This document shows, in pieces, positions 36,695 through 50,069 of a DNA stretch of 64,000 bases. Each line of letters begins with the position of its first letter. The first letter of the stretch is position 1. Position numbers and translations under genes: made by a program. The DNA is from Lepidodermella squamata. Its lineage: Eukaryota > Animalia > Gastrotricha. Under the pieces are notes generated by a model, which was not told the origin of the DNA, did not search any database, and saw only the letters and a program-made list of their open reading frames with translations. The DNA lies in contig JBLDXI010000001.1 in assembly GCA_047495785.1 (NCBI GenBank), positions 2,542,001 through 2,606,000 on the forward strand. Direction: 5' to 3'.

Positions 36695-38084
36695 ATGGCG
36701 AGCAGCGTATCATATGCTGCAATAGCCTTTCTGTGTATAACCTGGCTCTTGATACTTCAGGCCGTCATATTCATGGCTTCTTCGCTATGGGAAATTGATT
36801 TCGATGATCTTCCACCTGGAGTTGTCAGGCTGCAGCAACGAAAATCAGTCAGACGCTTTCAATTACAAAAGCAGCTGTTGATCAACCAAAATATTACATG
36901 CAACAGCACATGGCCTGATCTCGAACTGTTTCTACCTACTCCAGCTAATGTCGATGGGGACTTTGAGCTAACAGCGCTCTTCATGCCATCTATTGCTTTA
37001 TTCTGGCCTATCGACCATTTAAAATACTTGATTGTAACAGATGACGGTTTGGGATCATTGAAATACGCTGAAAAATGGCGGAATAGATCGCGGGAACTTA
37101 CCGGTTACGAGCCAAGAATTTTCTTCTCGAAAACCGTCGTCAAATGCGAGGTTGAGCGATGTGGCTGGCACAAGTCCCAATGGATGAAGTTTTGGGCCGA
37201 CAACTTCACAAATGCAGAATTTGTTGGTTTCGCTGACACTGATGCACTATTCGTGACGTCGGTTGCTCTTCAAGATCTTTTCATCGATGGCAAGCCCATT
37301 GTAAGACCAATTTTCGGTCGCCCTAAGCTGGGTGATAAAGGTTACTGGGGAAGAGTTCCTAGTCGAACTTATCGCTACACTGGCTTCAAAGGTAGACGGA
37401 AAAAGCATCCAAAGGTTTCATATATTTTTGTATTTTGCAGAGCCTTTCAATTGTATGTCTCATTTCCCGGTTATCGTCAAAGTTGCGCATCTGAAAATAA
37501 TGCGGGAGGAGATACGTAAACGACTTGCACCGAATGGGGGTTTCGATCAAGCGTTCGCAAAAGTTATTCGCAAAAAAGACGAATCCGAGTACAACATCAT
37601 GTGCGCCTTCATGTGGAACTTGTTTCGGGACGAGTATTATTGGATCATTGGGGAGGTGAGACCCGGCTGGACAAGCTCAATACCGGGTCAGGCATTCAGT
37701 CTTCAAGACGCAGGTGTTTCCACTGAGATGACTCAGCCTTACCCAGCGATAGCCGTTCACATTTGGCACCAGCCTTTTGGCGAGATTCAAGAAGAAATGA
37801 AGAGAGGAGTTTGCTTTTCAATGTCCCAGCGAAGCGAGAATAGCATTCCAAAATATTGCGAAACGAAGCAGAATAGATCAAGCAATGTGCACGATCGACA
37901 GTTTCAGTTTGAATCAGAGGATTTTTCTCGACGCATTGGTGCCAAAGAGGCCCATTTATCACGACTGAGAATTCTCGATCAGTGCCCTCACAAATGGCAC
38001 AAGCTGGCACTTGACCTGCTTGAAACTTCTTCCTTGACTTATCCATTCTCAACTTTTCAAATCAAAGAATTCCCACTCGAGTAA
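36695..38084 (+). CDS. Putative GT-A-fold glycosyltransferase (GT6), intron 37392-37440
   Basis: Family motifs, VGFADTD, conserved intron. Confidence 0.75.
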
Positions 38085-38313
38085 AAAGCGGAGTCTTTCA
38101 ATAAAGTATTCTTGAATTTCTAAGTGTGCTTTTTGGTGTTAACATGATAGAGAATATGGAAACCACGAAATATAAGCTTATTCTCAAAAGCGTGCAATGA
38201 GTCACCTTTGATGATAAACAAATTTACAAGTACTATAAGTGTCAGAAAAGGTTAAGAATCGCCGTGTAACGTGTAATCCTGACAACCCTTGTTTTCTGAT
38301 GTTAGAATAAACC

Positions 38314-39576
38314 ATGAATTCAATTTTATTGGTAAGTTAAAATTGTAATAAGTTTTCCAGACATTGACTCGAAATTCTATCAGATATACCAATTGATTTT
38401 ACTCAGTCAATTCGCAACATTCGCAGTCAGCATTGGATCTGGTTGGTATAAATCTTCTCATTTTTGGATCTAATTTCCTTTAACCCCTCAACATTAGCAT
38501 GCTCAAAAGACTCGGACTGTTTGAGTGGCCCTTTGAATGAACGATGTGACCTATATGAGTTTCTCGTGAGCCTTATCATTTGAAATTACTGAAGACAATG
38601 ACAGCTTTTAACAGGAGCCAATCTGCAAAAGGGGCTCGTGTGTATGCAAGCCTTGCTATACCCTTTCTAAATTCGGAAAATGTGTGAAAGGTAGCCACTC
38701 TCTGTTTGTGTTCCCTCTAATCATAGCTCCTTTTTCAGTGAGGTATTTGAAACGCCTGGGCGGTGCCTGCACGGGTGATCCAGAGGAAAAAATTACGATT
38801 CCTAACGCCCGTTGCTTAAATGGCTTAGTAGCCTGCTATGCTGGATCGTCTGCGATTGGTAATCGCTGCATTGTAGACAAAAACTGTGAGTCAACTGGAA
38901 ACTCAAGTTGCCCTCTTTACTCCGTATGCTCACCGTCGAAAACCTGCTTCTGTGCTGGAGGGACTAAATGGGATGATTCAAGTCAATCCTGCATCCCGGC
39001 CGAATTTGGCGACCCATGTGAAAGCGATTCTGACTGTAATTTCCTGAACTCAGGAGTCGGTCTGGGCGGCACTGATTTGATAGGTTACGCAAGGCACAAC
39101 ACCGCTTCTTGTTTATCAGGTAAATGCGGATGTGGTCAAGGGACGAAGGCGACTACAGTGGGTTACAAGAGTTCGACGACGAATGAGTACAAAACCAAGA
39201 CTATTTGCGTCGCTTCCAACGCCGATATGGATCTGAAGACTGGCTCGTGTCACCCCGATCCGATTCGAGGTTCTGGTCAATTTGAAGTATCTACAAAAGT
39301 TTGCGCTTCAACCCATATGTGCTCTGTAATGTGTGGCGATGACAACAGCTTTATTCTAGGATCTTGCAGTAAGTCTTAAGCCATAGCACACATTTCAGTC
39401 CATTTATTACCGTCTCTTCAGAACTGGTGAACTCTTCAAATTTGACAACAGAATCCCAATGTCAAGGTGAGACATTGGCAGGAGGGGAAAATTCTTCCCC
39501 TACGATTCACGTCGGAGAAGCTTCGGTTATGATTATTCTAACTACACTCATTAGAATGTTTAAATTGTTGGTTTAA
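38314..39576 (+). CDS. Cysteine-rich surface protein CR2, multi-exon
   Basis: Signal exons, CSKDSDC exon, core ORF 38684-39379 (FGDPCESDSDC, KTICV), hydrophobic tail. Confidence 0.7.
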
Positions 39577-40106
39577 TAAATTGAATTAAGTAAACCTTGT
39601 TGGTGTTAAATGCCCTGCTGACTCGCCTCGATAAGTCAGTAGTTCGGTTGAATGACCGCATGACGATAAAAGAAACGAAGGGCCCACGGCCAGCAGGAAG
39701 TGAGAAAGTGTTCCTCTAGGATACGGCGGGGTAACCAAAGTAACCGGCGTTCATTGTGCCTCACTCAATGCGATACGCCAGTTCGGAAATAACTACTTGC
39801 GCTATCCGTTCTCGCGCTCTAAAACACGAGCACTCGAGGGCGCAGCGCGAGTCAGCGCCACACAATAATTATTTTGCGCATTTGAGTGCCAAGTGGCGAC
39901 AACAAAGCGTGATATAGAAGTATAGAACGGCGCCGAAGGCGCAGCACAACGAAAATATAAAAAACGAGAAGGCTGTGCATTCGACTAATTTCCGACCCGA
40001 TCTGTAAACTGAAAAATACAGTTTTCTCAAACCACCTTCAGCTTCACAGGAAAACTAGTTCACAATTGATCACAAATTTCAATGATTTTACTTTAAATAA
40101 TAGGAG

Positions 40107-41336
40107 ATGGCACTCGGGCATCTTAGCCTACCTTCTTCATTTATTTTTGCGGCTTTCATTATATTAAACGCTTGCTTCGCGACGGCAGATGCAGCAGTTG
40201 GATTCCGTAAGTATCTAAAGTTTGAGGAAATATCATTGCTAAAAATCCATGCTTCCTTAACAGCATGCTCTGCAGATGCTGAGTGCAAGGGGCTCAATGA
40301 AATGTGCAGGATTCAAACTGGATTTGTAAGTTTCAGTTTCGGAATGGCGCCTTCTTATGCTCCTTATTTTAGACTCCGCCATGCAGAAAAGGATTCTGCG
40401 CATGCAAACCTTGTTATCAATTCGATGGCAATAATTGCGTCAAGACCACGTATGTAAAATACGTCGGGGATGCATGCACGAACAGGAGTGGGGAGGTCAT
40501 CCTAATTGACAACGCGGAATGCGGCGATACTAATAAAGTTCGGTGCAAGCAGGGTTACGTTCAATCCGGGGTTTCGTGCGTAATGCGGATGAAATGCACC
40601 TCAGCTAACGACTGCGCCACTGGGATGCTTTGCAGCGCTGATCGTAACTGCGTCTGCCCATCAACACATAGTTTAGACCCGGCTAACGGTTGCCAACCAA
40701 AAAGTTACGGCGATTCATGCGTGGATAGCTCTGTTTGCAACAACCGTAACATTTCGATGTGGGATGACGGGTATACAACGACCATGGGTGTTTGCTCAAG
40801 GGGGGCGTGCGGCTGCTCTGCAGATTCAGTCAGCGTGATGGTGTCTTACGTTGATGATTCTGAATCAGTCGTCAACAAAACGATTTGTGTGCCTAAGACT
40901 GCGCCTACAAGAGCGATTTGGAATGGGACGAAATGTTATTTAAACCCAATGCTGGCCACGGTCAATAAAACTGACTTGGCGGTGTGCGTAGTCGGAAGTA
41001 TGTGCATGGTATGTCCTGAGGATTTCGATGCAAATCGCTATCTGGGCGAAAACACAGGAATGTGTCGTAAGTTTATTTTTAAATATCGAATCTAGGTGCT
41101 GATTTCATCTTTCAGGCAAGCTTGAGATGGATAACTACGCCATGACATGCAGCGAGAGGCCCACTATTGTGGCAGTTAGATCAGCCGACGAGAAAGCGCC
41201 CATGCGAATGGATCTGGCCAATACCACCGTTGCGCCTACTACAACCCCGTCTTCAAGTCCTGCTACTGAGCAAATTTCTTCGCTCCGTCTAGCCTCTGCA
41301 GCCATGGTTGCCATGTTGATGTTGCAAGCCGTTTAA
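40107..41336 (+). CDS. Cysteine-rich surface protein CR3, multi-exon
   Basis: Signal peptide, core ORF 40583-41095, S/T stalk and hydrophobic tail in ORF 41127-41336. Confidence 0.75.
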
Positions 41337-41810
41337 AGCCGGAGCGAGTCCTTTAAATTAGATTAATGACGACTATGCGCAAACTTCTAGCGTTGAGTCT
41401 GAAAATATGTGATTTTTTCTTATTTTTTTTTATTATTCTTGATCGCCAGCGTAACTGTTCGGACGTTACTTTTCAGCAAAGAAAAAGCTCACACGTCGAT
41501 GTTACCATATTTTTGAATTATCCACGATTTGCGACACATTAATCTCGTTTAAATAGCCATAAGGAATGCCGCTTTTTTACACTGTATTATAGAATAAATA
41601 AATGACATAAATGTAATGACTCAGGTGGATTATTTTTGCAAAATCTCAAATAGGAGCCGGCTTAGATATTGATGCAATCAAATAGATTAATTAAGCTCTG
41701 ATGACCAAAGTGCGCGCAGGCTTATTGTAAAGCAATTTGCTCTTGACCAGTAGAATTAAACCAAATGCAGCCTCTTTAATTTCAGGGCTAAAATCGCGAG
41801 GACATATTGA

Positions 41811-43237
41811 ATGTTACCCCTGAACTTCTTCCTGTTATTCTTAGCTCAACTGATCAACAGGAAATCAAGTGCCCTTACTGATGAATGTATGGCTTTGCGT
41901 AGCTCTGTTGAAATACCGGTCATGAAACTGTTTTTTAGCTTGTCCTTGCGGCGAAAATCAGTATTGCGAGCTTTTCAATGGAACGGTACCTTTTCAATGT
42001 GCCGTAAGACATTGTTTCAAGTCATTTTTCTAGATACCATCATGTTCCATTGGGCAATGCATGTGTCTACCTGGCTACATCCGCAGACAGGTTTCAGAAA
42101 CCGACTGCACAAAAAGTACCAACTTTGCACATTTTACGAGGCTGAATCATGATTGATGACTTTAATTAGTTGAAGGAAAGCAACTGGACGAGCCATGCAA
42201 TGATGATGACGCATTGTATGCATCACTACCGGCAGGAGCAGGATGTAGGGGCGGGGTAGTAAGATGCCTGCCTTTTCACAAGCGCGACGGGGCTATTTGC
42301 TCGATGATTGGAAAACGAGCTCAGGGCGAAGATTGCGTAACGTCATCGCAATGTGATGGTGACTTGACCTGTGGTTCAAGCTACACCTGTGAGTGCGAGT
42401 ATAATGACCGACAAATTTTCGACTCGTCCCAACACAAATGCGTGTTACGCCAATTCGGAGATGAATGTGTATCTGATGCAGAATGCAAGAATTTCGCCAG
42501 ATCGTTATTTGATGGATTTACCCACGAATACGGCGCTTGCTCTCCAGACGGCCGATGCTATTGCGGTGAGAACTTTAAAGCCGAGGTTAGATACCTATCG
42601 AAAAACAAGTCGATTCAATCCAAAACTGTCTGCGTCAACACTGCATCGATCTTGAATCTTTCCCAGGGAGAGGCTTGCCACATCGATCCACGTAAGTTGT
42701 CCCACTGATTCTGTCTTTTCTACGAAATATTCTTCGAAAAAGTTGCCGAAGCAAGCGAAGCCGTGAGGCTTTGTTCCCCACTTTTGATTTGTCTGTCATG
42801 CAACACCCGGTCGGGAAATATCGGAATATGCAGTAAGAAATCTTAATGTGATAGATGTAGCCCTAACGTCACTTTATCTTTACCTAGGATCTATCGTCAA
42901 CAGCTCAGAAAGCTCTAAACAGTTGTCATCGTCGCGGATCATTAGCGATGATAATAGACTAGGTTTCATGCAGCAAGATGGGACGGAATTTCAAAGAGAA
43001 AGCGAGCTTGGTGAAGACCAGTCCCCGTCTGTTACTATTACTGAAGCCCCTCATCGCCCGACAGCTGTTGCCCCGCATTTGAAAAATCCAGTTTCAGAAA
43101 CCAAAACAAGCCGTTTTGCTGAAGCAGTCACGGAGCGAATTGACAGTGGTACCTCAGCCAATGCTGCAACGGCTTGGAGTGGAAATATCAAAGCCAGTAC
43201 ATTCATCTTCGCTTTAGTTTTCTATCAGCTGCAGTGA
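41811..43237 (+). CDS. Cysteine-rich surface protein CR4, multi-exon
   Basis: Signal peptide, core ORF 42214-42708, stalk and tail in ORF 42848-43237. Confidence 0.75.
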
Positions 43238-43681
43238 TGATGAATAATGAAGGGCATAATAAATACACCTCGTTTTAGCTTTGATTTTAGTATTACCGTA
43301 ATTGTTCATACGATAAACTTGAAAGGAAATTAGCTCCCAGGAAATGCTCTGTGTTTCAAGAATTTTAATGCGCAGGAATACGACATTGAAATCACCCAGA
43401 CCTGGTTTTACGAGGCCTGAAGTATGACGAAGACGCTGTGTGGCTATGTATTTTTTACCTAGAAAGGTAGGCGTACAGAAAGAAATGATTTTACTGTAAA
43501 CACGCACTTCGAACGTGCGAAGTTGTATGCCGACAAGTAGCCGATCCGGCAAATACATTGTTTAATCTTGGACAACACAACAATGCCGAGCATGACAGTG
43601 CAAACATTCCGAAGACATCATTCTGTGATGCGTGTGGACCAGCGACCTCAATCTCACTAACAGGTCTTGTGTTTTGAATCA

Positions 43682-45111
43682 ATGCTTAGTCAAATCAGCC
43701 CACTTATAATCATTGGAGGTTTCTTAGTCCTGCTTATGTCGAGCTGGAGCAATAGCCTGGGAAATGGTAACAATTCTGATAGATCCTAACTTCACGATAA
43801 TCCTAATGATGTTCCCGTCTTTTTGGGCGAATAGTTTGCTCCCTAGCCTCGGCATGTGGTTTGAACGAATTTTGCGATATATTCTATTTCCTGGTATGAA
43901 TTCCATTTTTTCGAACTTCATGACAACCAACTCCTTAAACAGGATCCGCCGTGTAAATCTGGTACGTGCGAATGCTTACCTGGTTATGCTGCTGATCCTC
44001 GAAACTATGAAATCTGCCAGAGCAGTGAGTTCTTTTCCTAGGGAATGCGCCATCTTTTGTAAATTAATTGATATTGATCGTGAAGAGATCTCGTTGAAAC
44101 TTGGCGAAAAATGCGAGGATCAACATTACTTCAAAATTGTAAAACCGAAAGGCAGTATGTGCCGTGGTGGAATTCTTCAATGCTTGCCATACTTTGAATC
44201 GAATGGTACCCATTGCTTGGTCAACACTCGCGCGAAATTAGGTGATTCGTGCAACCTGAACTCGGACTGCAACGGGGAGATGGTGTGCACTCGTAACAAC
44301 ACTTGCGCTTGCGAGCAAGTGACGCGGGAATTTTACAGCCTCGAGGATGGAAAATGTGTCCTTCGCAATTTCGGCGATTCATGTCAAAACGATGAGAACT
44401 GCAAGAATTACGCCAAGTCTTGGAAGGAAGGCTTCACTTACAATTCTGGCCGCTGCTTACCTGATAGAACGTGCGGATGTGGTTCGAATAAACAGGCATC
44501 CTTTCTGTATCTTTCCTCCTCGAGATTGATCGAATCGAAGGAGATATGCGTTCATAAAGATGGAAGCGTAACACAGGCTGTTGGAGAACCATGCCATGTG
44601 GATCCAGGTATTTCATTGCCATAATTAAATTCTGTTATCCAATTCCTTGTGTTAGTTGTGGAAGGGCGTTATTCTTACGTTAAAGTTTGCAGTCCTGGAC
44701 TCTTCTGTCACAGATGCCCGAATGATCTTATGCAGCCTAAAGCCATGGGGCTGTGCAGTAAATTTGTTTCTCTTTATGATAATGCATTATGATGCTTTTG
44801 AATTATTAGGGAAAATAGCTCTAGCTGACTTGAAACTTCATGTTCCACTATTATTAGCATCATCTACCGCCGATGAAATTTCAGCATCTTCAGAAGAGCC
44901 CATTGAAATAATCGAGACAACCAACACTGCACCGGCAACATTGAAATCCCCAAGTTCAGCCATGACTACAACACCCTCGATAAGTTCTACAACACCTCGA
45001 GTGCTCGATAGAATATTATCATCGAAACAGACCAATCGATCTTCGCGAAACTTCGTTTCTGCTGTACTATCAATTTTGATGCTCGCATTATTCATCAATT
45101 TTCATATTTAA
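43682..45111 (+). CDS. Cysteine-rich surface protein CR5, multi-exon
   Basis: Signal MLSQISPLIIIGGFLVLL at 43682, core in the 3' part of ORF 43764-44624, S/T stalk and tail to 45111. Confidence 0.75.
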
Positions 45112-45220
45112 TTGCAATGGATTAAATGAAATTCCCATAAGCTCGGTGTCAGAATAAAATATGATTCGTTTTTCATAAGTTATGGACGTTTGCAGTTGAA
45201 TATCGCGAGGCGATTTAGCA

Positions 45221-46648
45221 ATGGGCAAGCGCTCTGAAATGCTCACCTACAGCCTTCTGTTTATTGGCTATACCACGCAAATTTTTTGTCAAACTTTGCC
45301 TCCCATTACAACTTACGATAAAAGTAAGAAATATTTTTTAAGAATCGCAATTTTCATTCTTATTTTTAATAGAGTGCAGACACTCAAATGCTTGCAGGGA
45401 TAACCAGTACTGCGAACTTCCTTACTTTTTTGTATGCATTTAGCAGTGTTTTGGAATTGTCGAAATTGCTTTCTTCTTCTAAAGAATCCGCCATGCACCG
45501 ATTTCGGCAAGTGTCGCTGCCTTCCCGGCTATCAGATTGATACTTTTGAATCAAACTGCCTCGAACGTAAGGAGATATAATGGCGTGATGTGTTTTCTCA
45601 ATTAATGTTTCAGAACTGACATTGTCTCTCGGCGAAACCTGCGACGAAAGCAAAGCTGACAGGACAATCAGTCCTCCGGGTTCGGCATGCCGTTTTGGAG
45701 TCATCGGATGTTTGCCGTATTATGATCGAAATAAAACCCACTGCTTGCTGAATAACCGAAAGAACGCTGGCGAGTATTGCGAAGACTCTAACGAATGCAA
45801 TGGCCAGATGTCATGCAGTTTCAGCAATGAATGCGAATGCGACCAGAAAATTCGTGAAATCTACGATGCCAAAGTGGGTGCCTGCGTTAAACGAAACTAC
45901 GGCGACCCTTGTACGATGGACTCGCAGTGCAAAAATTACGTCACAAATATAGTCGATGGTTTCACCTACGATTCCGGCCGCTGCTCTCAGAATAACACTT
46001 GCTATTGCGGCGAGAACAATGAAGTCAATTTCGCTTACTACTCGCTGGCATTGCGGCGGATTTTGACCAAAACGATTTGCGTACATAAAAATGCCAGGGT
46101 CAATCTAGGCGTCAATGAATCTTGCCACCTCTTGCCCCGTAAGACTGATATTCAAAACATGAAAACTACTAAAATACTTTTTGATTTCTTGTGTATTAGT
46201 TTTTGAAAGTCGTAGTTCGAATAATGTTCGGCTCTGTGCGCCCGGACTAGTTTGTTACCGCTGTCCATCCGACAACCTACCCGTGGGGACCAGCATGGGC
46301 TTATGCCGTAAGTACCTACTCTCTTTCTACCTTTGCTCGCGAATATCATAATATCTGCTTGAATAAGGGGAAATTACGATCGGAAACTTGAGTGATCCAA
46401 TACCGCTGCCAACGTTCGAAGAGTTGACCTCTACTACTACTCTATCGACTCCAGCCATCATACCAGCAACACTTTTTGTGATCTCTCGATACGTTGAAAT
46501 CGACATCCCTTCAACAGCCAGTCCACGGATGACATCGACATTGAAGCAAGGCGTCCCGGAGGCTAAGAAAGCAAGCTGTGGCCATTCCATGAGAGCAGCT
46601 TTTCTCGTATCGATAACACTGATGATTTCTACCTTGGAGTTTCTTTGA
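45221..46648 (+). CDS. Cysteine-rich surface protein CR6, multi-exon
   Basis: Signal peptide, core ORF 45622-46206, stalk and tail in ORF 46388-46648. Confidence 0.75.
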
Positions 46649-47313
46649 AGAAGTATAACTTTTTTCGCGAGCCAATGTAATACTGGTTTGGTGATTTTAG
46701 CGTGATTAAATTATACCTTTCTGAAGCATATGCTTCTTGCCTCTGAAATAAAGGTGGACAAAACCCCGCCCTCCTCTTGAGTTCATTAGGGGCAAGTTTT
46801 AAGGTGCACGTTGTCAAGGTAAATTATCACCTTTTCTCTTTCCGCTTCGCAGCTTTTTGTTTGAGTAAGAACGCACAGGTCCATATCACGCGAGCAGTAG
46901 TAGCGCTTGAGTCTTCAATGCAGCAGTGCCGTCTAATGTTAGTTGTATCATTAAATTTAAGAAAGAGTGGACGAATTGACGGCAAAAAACACCTAAGGAC
47001 TCACGCGGCGTATAAGGCGTCTAATTTTTGCGCGCTGTACGCAGAAAAATAACAAAAATGCGGCCCAGAGCAAACATCATCCGCCGCTATGTCGGCGCGA
47101 TAATAACAGCCTGTGTGTAAGCTATGACACCAAAGATAGCCAGTCGAAAAAAGCTGGCGCGTTAGATATAGGCCCTACTTGGCAAATATTTATCCGTTCT
47201 CCGGATATCTTCTTATACACAAGCAGTCGATGGCCAGCCGTCACTACGCAGCCGCCTGATGTAACCTCATTCCTGAGAGCCGCAATTTACAAACGCCGAT
47301 TCATTGAAATATC

Positions 47314-48609
47314 ATGTTACTCCGTCAAATGAATACTTGTAGCTGGGCTTTCATTACTCTCAATTTGATAGCTGCTATTTCAGGGTTGAAAACAAAGAGC
47401 ACGTTAGGCTCGAGTAAGTCACCATAAGCAATAATCGATAAATCATGTGAATGATTGTTTTAGGTTGTCATAACAGCCAGCAATGCTCAAAAAACGAATA
47501 TTGCATGACCAAAAGTAACATGGTGAGTTCAGCTTCAGCTTACATAGAGCAATCCTTGTTCATTTGCTCATCTGTTAGGACCCACCTTGCCCGGCTGGAA
47601 AATGTCACTGCCTCCCTAACCATAGCGTTATGATGGACTGCTCCCTAGAAATGACTTGCTCTCCAGTCCAACTCCAAATAGGTGATTCCTGCTGCCAATG
47701 GACTGCTTCAAGCGTTTACGTCCAAATGCCACTTGGAGGCCAATGTGGCAAGGACGGCCGCGTTCAATGCCGACCGCCATTTCAGCACAACGACAGCATC
47801 TGCATATCCACAAGCCCAAGCGACGCGAGGCCTGTGCCAGGTCGCAGTTGCAAATCGCATGAAGACTGCTCAGATGGTGGTATGATCTGCGGCCTTGGCC
47901 GGAAATGTCAGTGCCCGTCGGAATCGTTGATCTACGACCCGCGAACTGGCTATTGCATCAAACGTGACTATGGGGATCGATGCCTAAATGACAGAATGTG
48001 TAACGCCTATGCTTCGACGTGGCTTCATGGCTACACTTACAATTCAGGGGCTTGCTCTGAGAATAGAACTTGTTACTGCGGAAATAACACCGAAACTATT
48101 GTCAGTTACTTAAACCAGAGAACTGGGTTGCTGTTCAACAAAACTATTTGCGTTCCGGCTGGAGCGGTTGTTAACCTGAAGCTTGGCGATGAATGTCACG
48201 CTGACCCGATATATTCTTCGATTACTACGTCGAATGTTCGCGTTTGCTCGCAGGGGTTATTCTGCTTTCAATGCCCAGGGGAAAAACTTGGAAGATGTCG
48301 TTAGTTTTTATGAGAACTTATCTTTAAAATGTAAATAAAATACACTTTTTATTTTAAGGCACCCTTGTTCCGGAACGGGAGTCTGTGAGCAGCGTAACAG
48401 ATGGATTGACAATGGCTCCAGCTTATCGAGCCGAAAATGTAACCATATTACAAACCATCTCAGCGTCAGAAGTCGCAGATTCTGACTCTGGCGATACGTT
48501 ATTACGGAGTGCCAACTCCACGACATACGAAGAATCGTCTTCGCATACCCACCATCTATCAATTGCGGGGCTGTTTTGCTTATTGCTGTTCAACTTAGCC
48601 ATCGGATAG
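47314..48609 (+). CDS. Cysteine-rich surface protein CR7, multi-exon
   Basis: Signal exon at 47314, core ORF 47630-48304, tail in ORF 48385-48609. Confidence 0.75.
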
Positions 48610-48925
48610 TTACTTATCAGATAATTTATGGCTGGAATAATTGTATATTATTTAAGATTTTATGAGTGCGCAATTGTACACAGTTTTTTACTGATCCGAA
48701 AATAAAAAATAATGCTATTTTCCAGATATTCAACCATCTTTCGACCGTTAGCCTCAGCAATGTATTCAATTTATTTGCAAAAACAACACAGAATTAACAA
48801 TTACCCTTACTATTACAAATTACATTTACAGGATTTTTAAGATATAAAGCAGAAATGAAGTGATGAAAATTATGGTGCACTATTTTTGAAGCTAGAATTT
48901 ATTGCTACCTGGAAATTAAATCTCC

Positions 48926-50069
48926 TCAGTTATCTCCCTGAAACTTTCCGACAACTTCAAAAATCTTTTTGCTCAGGTGCGCTCTGTATGCCGACAGCTT
49001 TTTCATAAAGCCTGGCTTGATAATTAAAAGAGCAGGCCCGAACAACGAATCACTCATATAAACGAGGGCAATGACCTTATGTATCTCTGCTGTCAAGTAG
49101 CGTGGGCCAAAGTCGTCGTAAAATATTGTCAAGATGAAAGACACCATCGCTGGTACGCGGCAAATGGTATAGATAAGCAAGGAAACCAGCGACTGCTTCG
49201 CAAAGAATAACTCTCGTTTCTTCCAATCTACGTGAATTTGTTTGCGACTGTAGTCCAAAGATGAAGCAGTAACTAACAAATCAACAGGATTGACAACATT
49301 ATTGGCTCGCTTTCCAATTCTTAGTTTCAAAGATCGGAATAGGCTGAAAATTTTCCTGTATTCAAAGGATGAGATGAATGATAATCAAACGAAAAATTGT
49401 ATGTAAATAACAAACCAGTAGTTGCGAGCCATTAAAAAAGCCGGTATCGCCAGAAGAAAAGTAAAATAGATGACAACCAGTAGCATGGTGTCGTAGTCAC
49501 CGACAAAGCGATAGCCAAAGCCAGCACATAACGGAATCGCCGACCCATTATTGATATCAGGCACGCTTATGTATTGAAGACTCACTGCTCTGAAGGGGTA
49601 GAAAAACAGTGAAGCCCATGCTACCGCAATGAAAAGCATACTGGATCCTGCAAGAATCGCTACCTTAAAAAAGGAATATGCATAAGTACATCAGTGATGT
49701 ATACGGTTCTTACTCGTTTTGAATTTGCCGTGGACTTACGGCCATCCGAGTAGATCAACAGTTTTCGCTCATAGCTAATCAGCATGAATATCCAAGGACC
49801 GGCGGAGGAGAAGGAATACAGTGCCCAGTTCAGTATCATACAACCTATTCAGGTGCAGCTTTCCAAGAGCCATTAGGTAGCACTATACCAAGCATCGCTG
49901 TGTATAAAAAGCCGAGAAAAGAGTTTGCAGCTCCGAGCATCGACACTAGAGCTAGAAAATCGCGCCGTACTGAGCGTTTGTAGTAAAGCAGTCCTGTGAT
50001 CATACTTGCTACCAGCGACAGCATTGATATCGACAAAAAAGCGATGAAAGTAGGGAGGCGGTCCGCCAT
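48926..50069 (-). CDS. Divergent class A (rhodopsin-like) GPCR, possibly frameshifted
   Basis: Seven hydrophobic segments over three or more exons; TM3 'GCMILNW...LISYER' (DRY-equivalent), TM6 'YTICRVP', TM7 'DSLFGPALL'. The frame breaks at ~49845. Confidence 0.65.
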
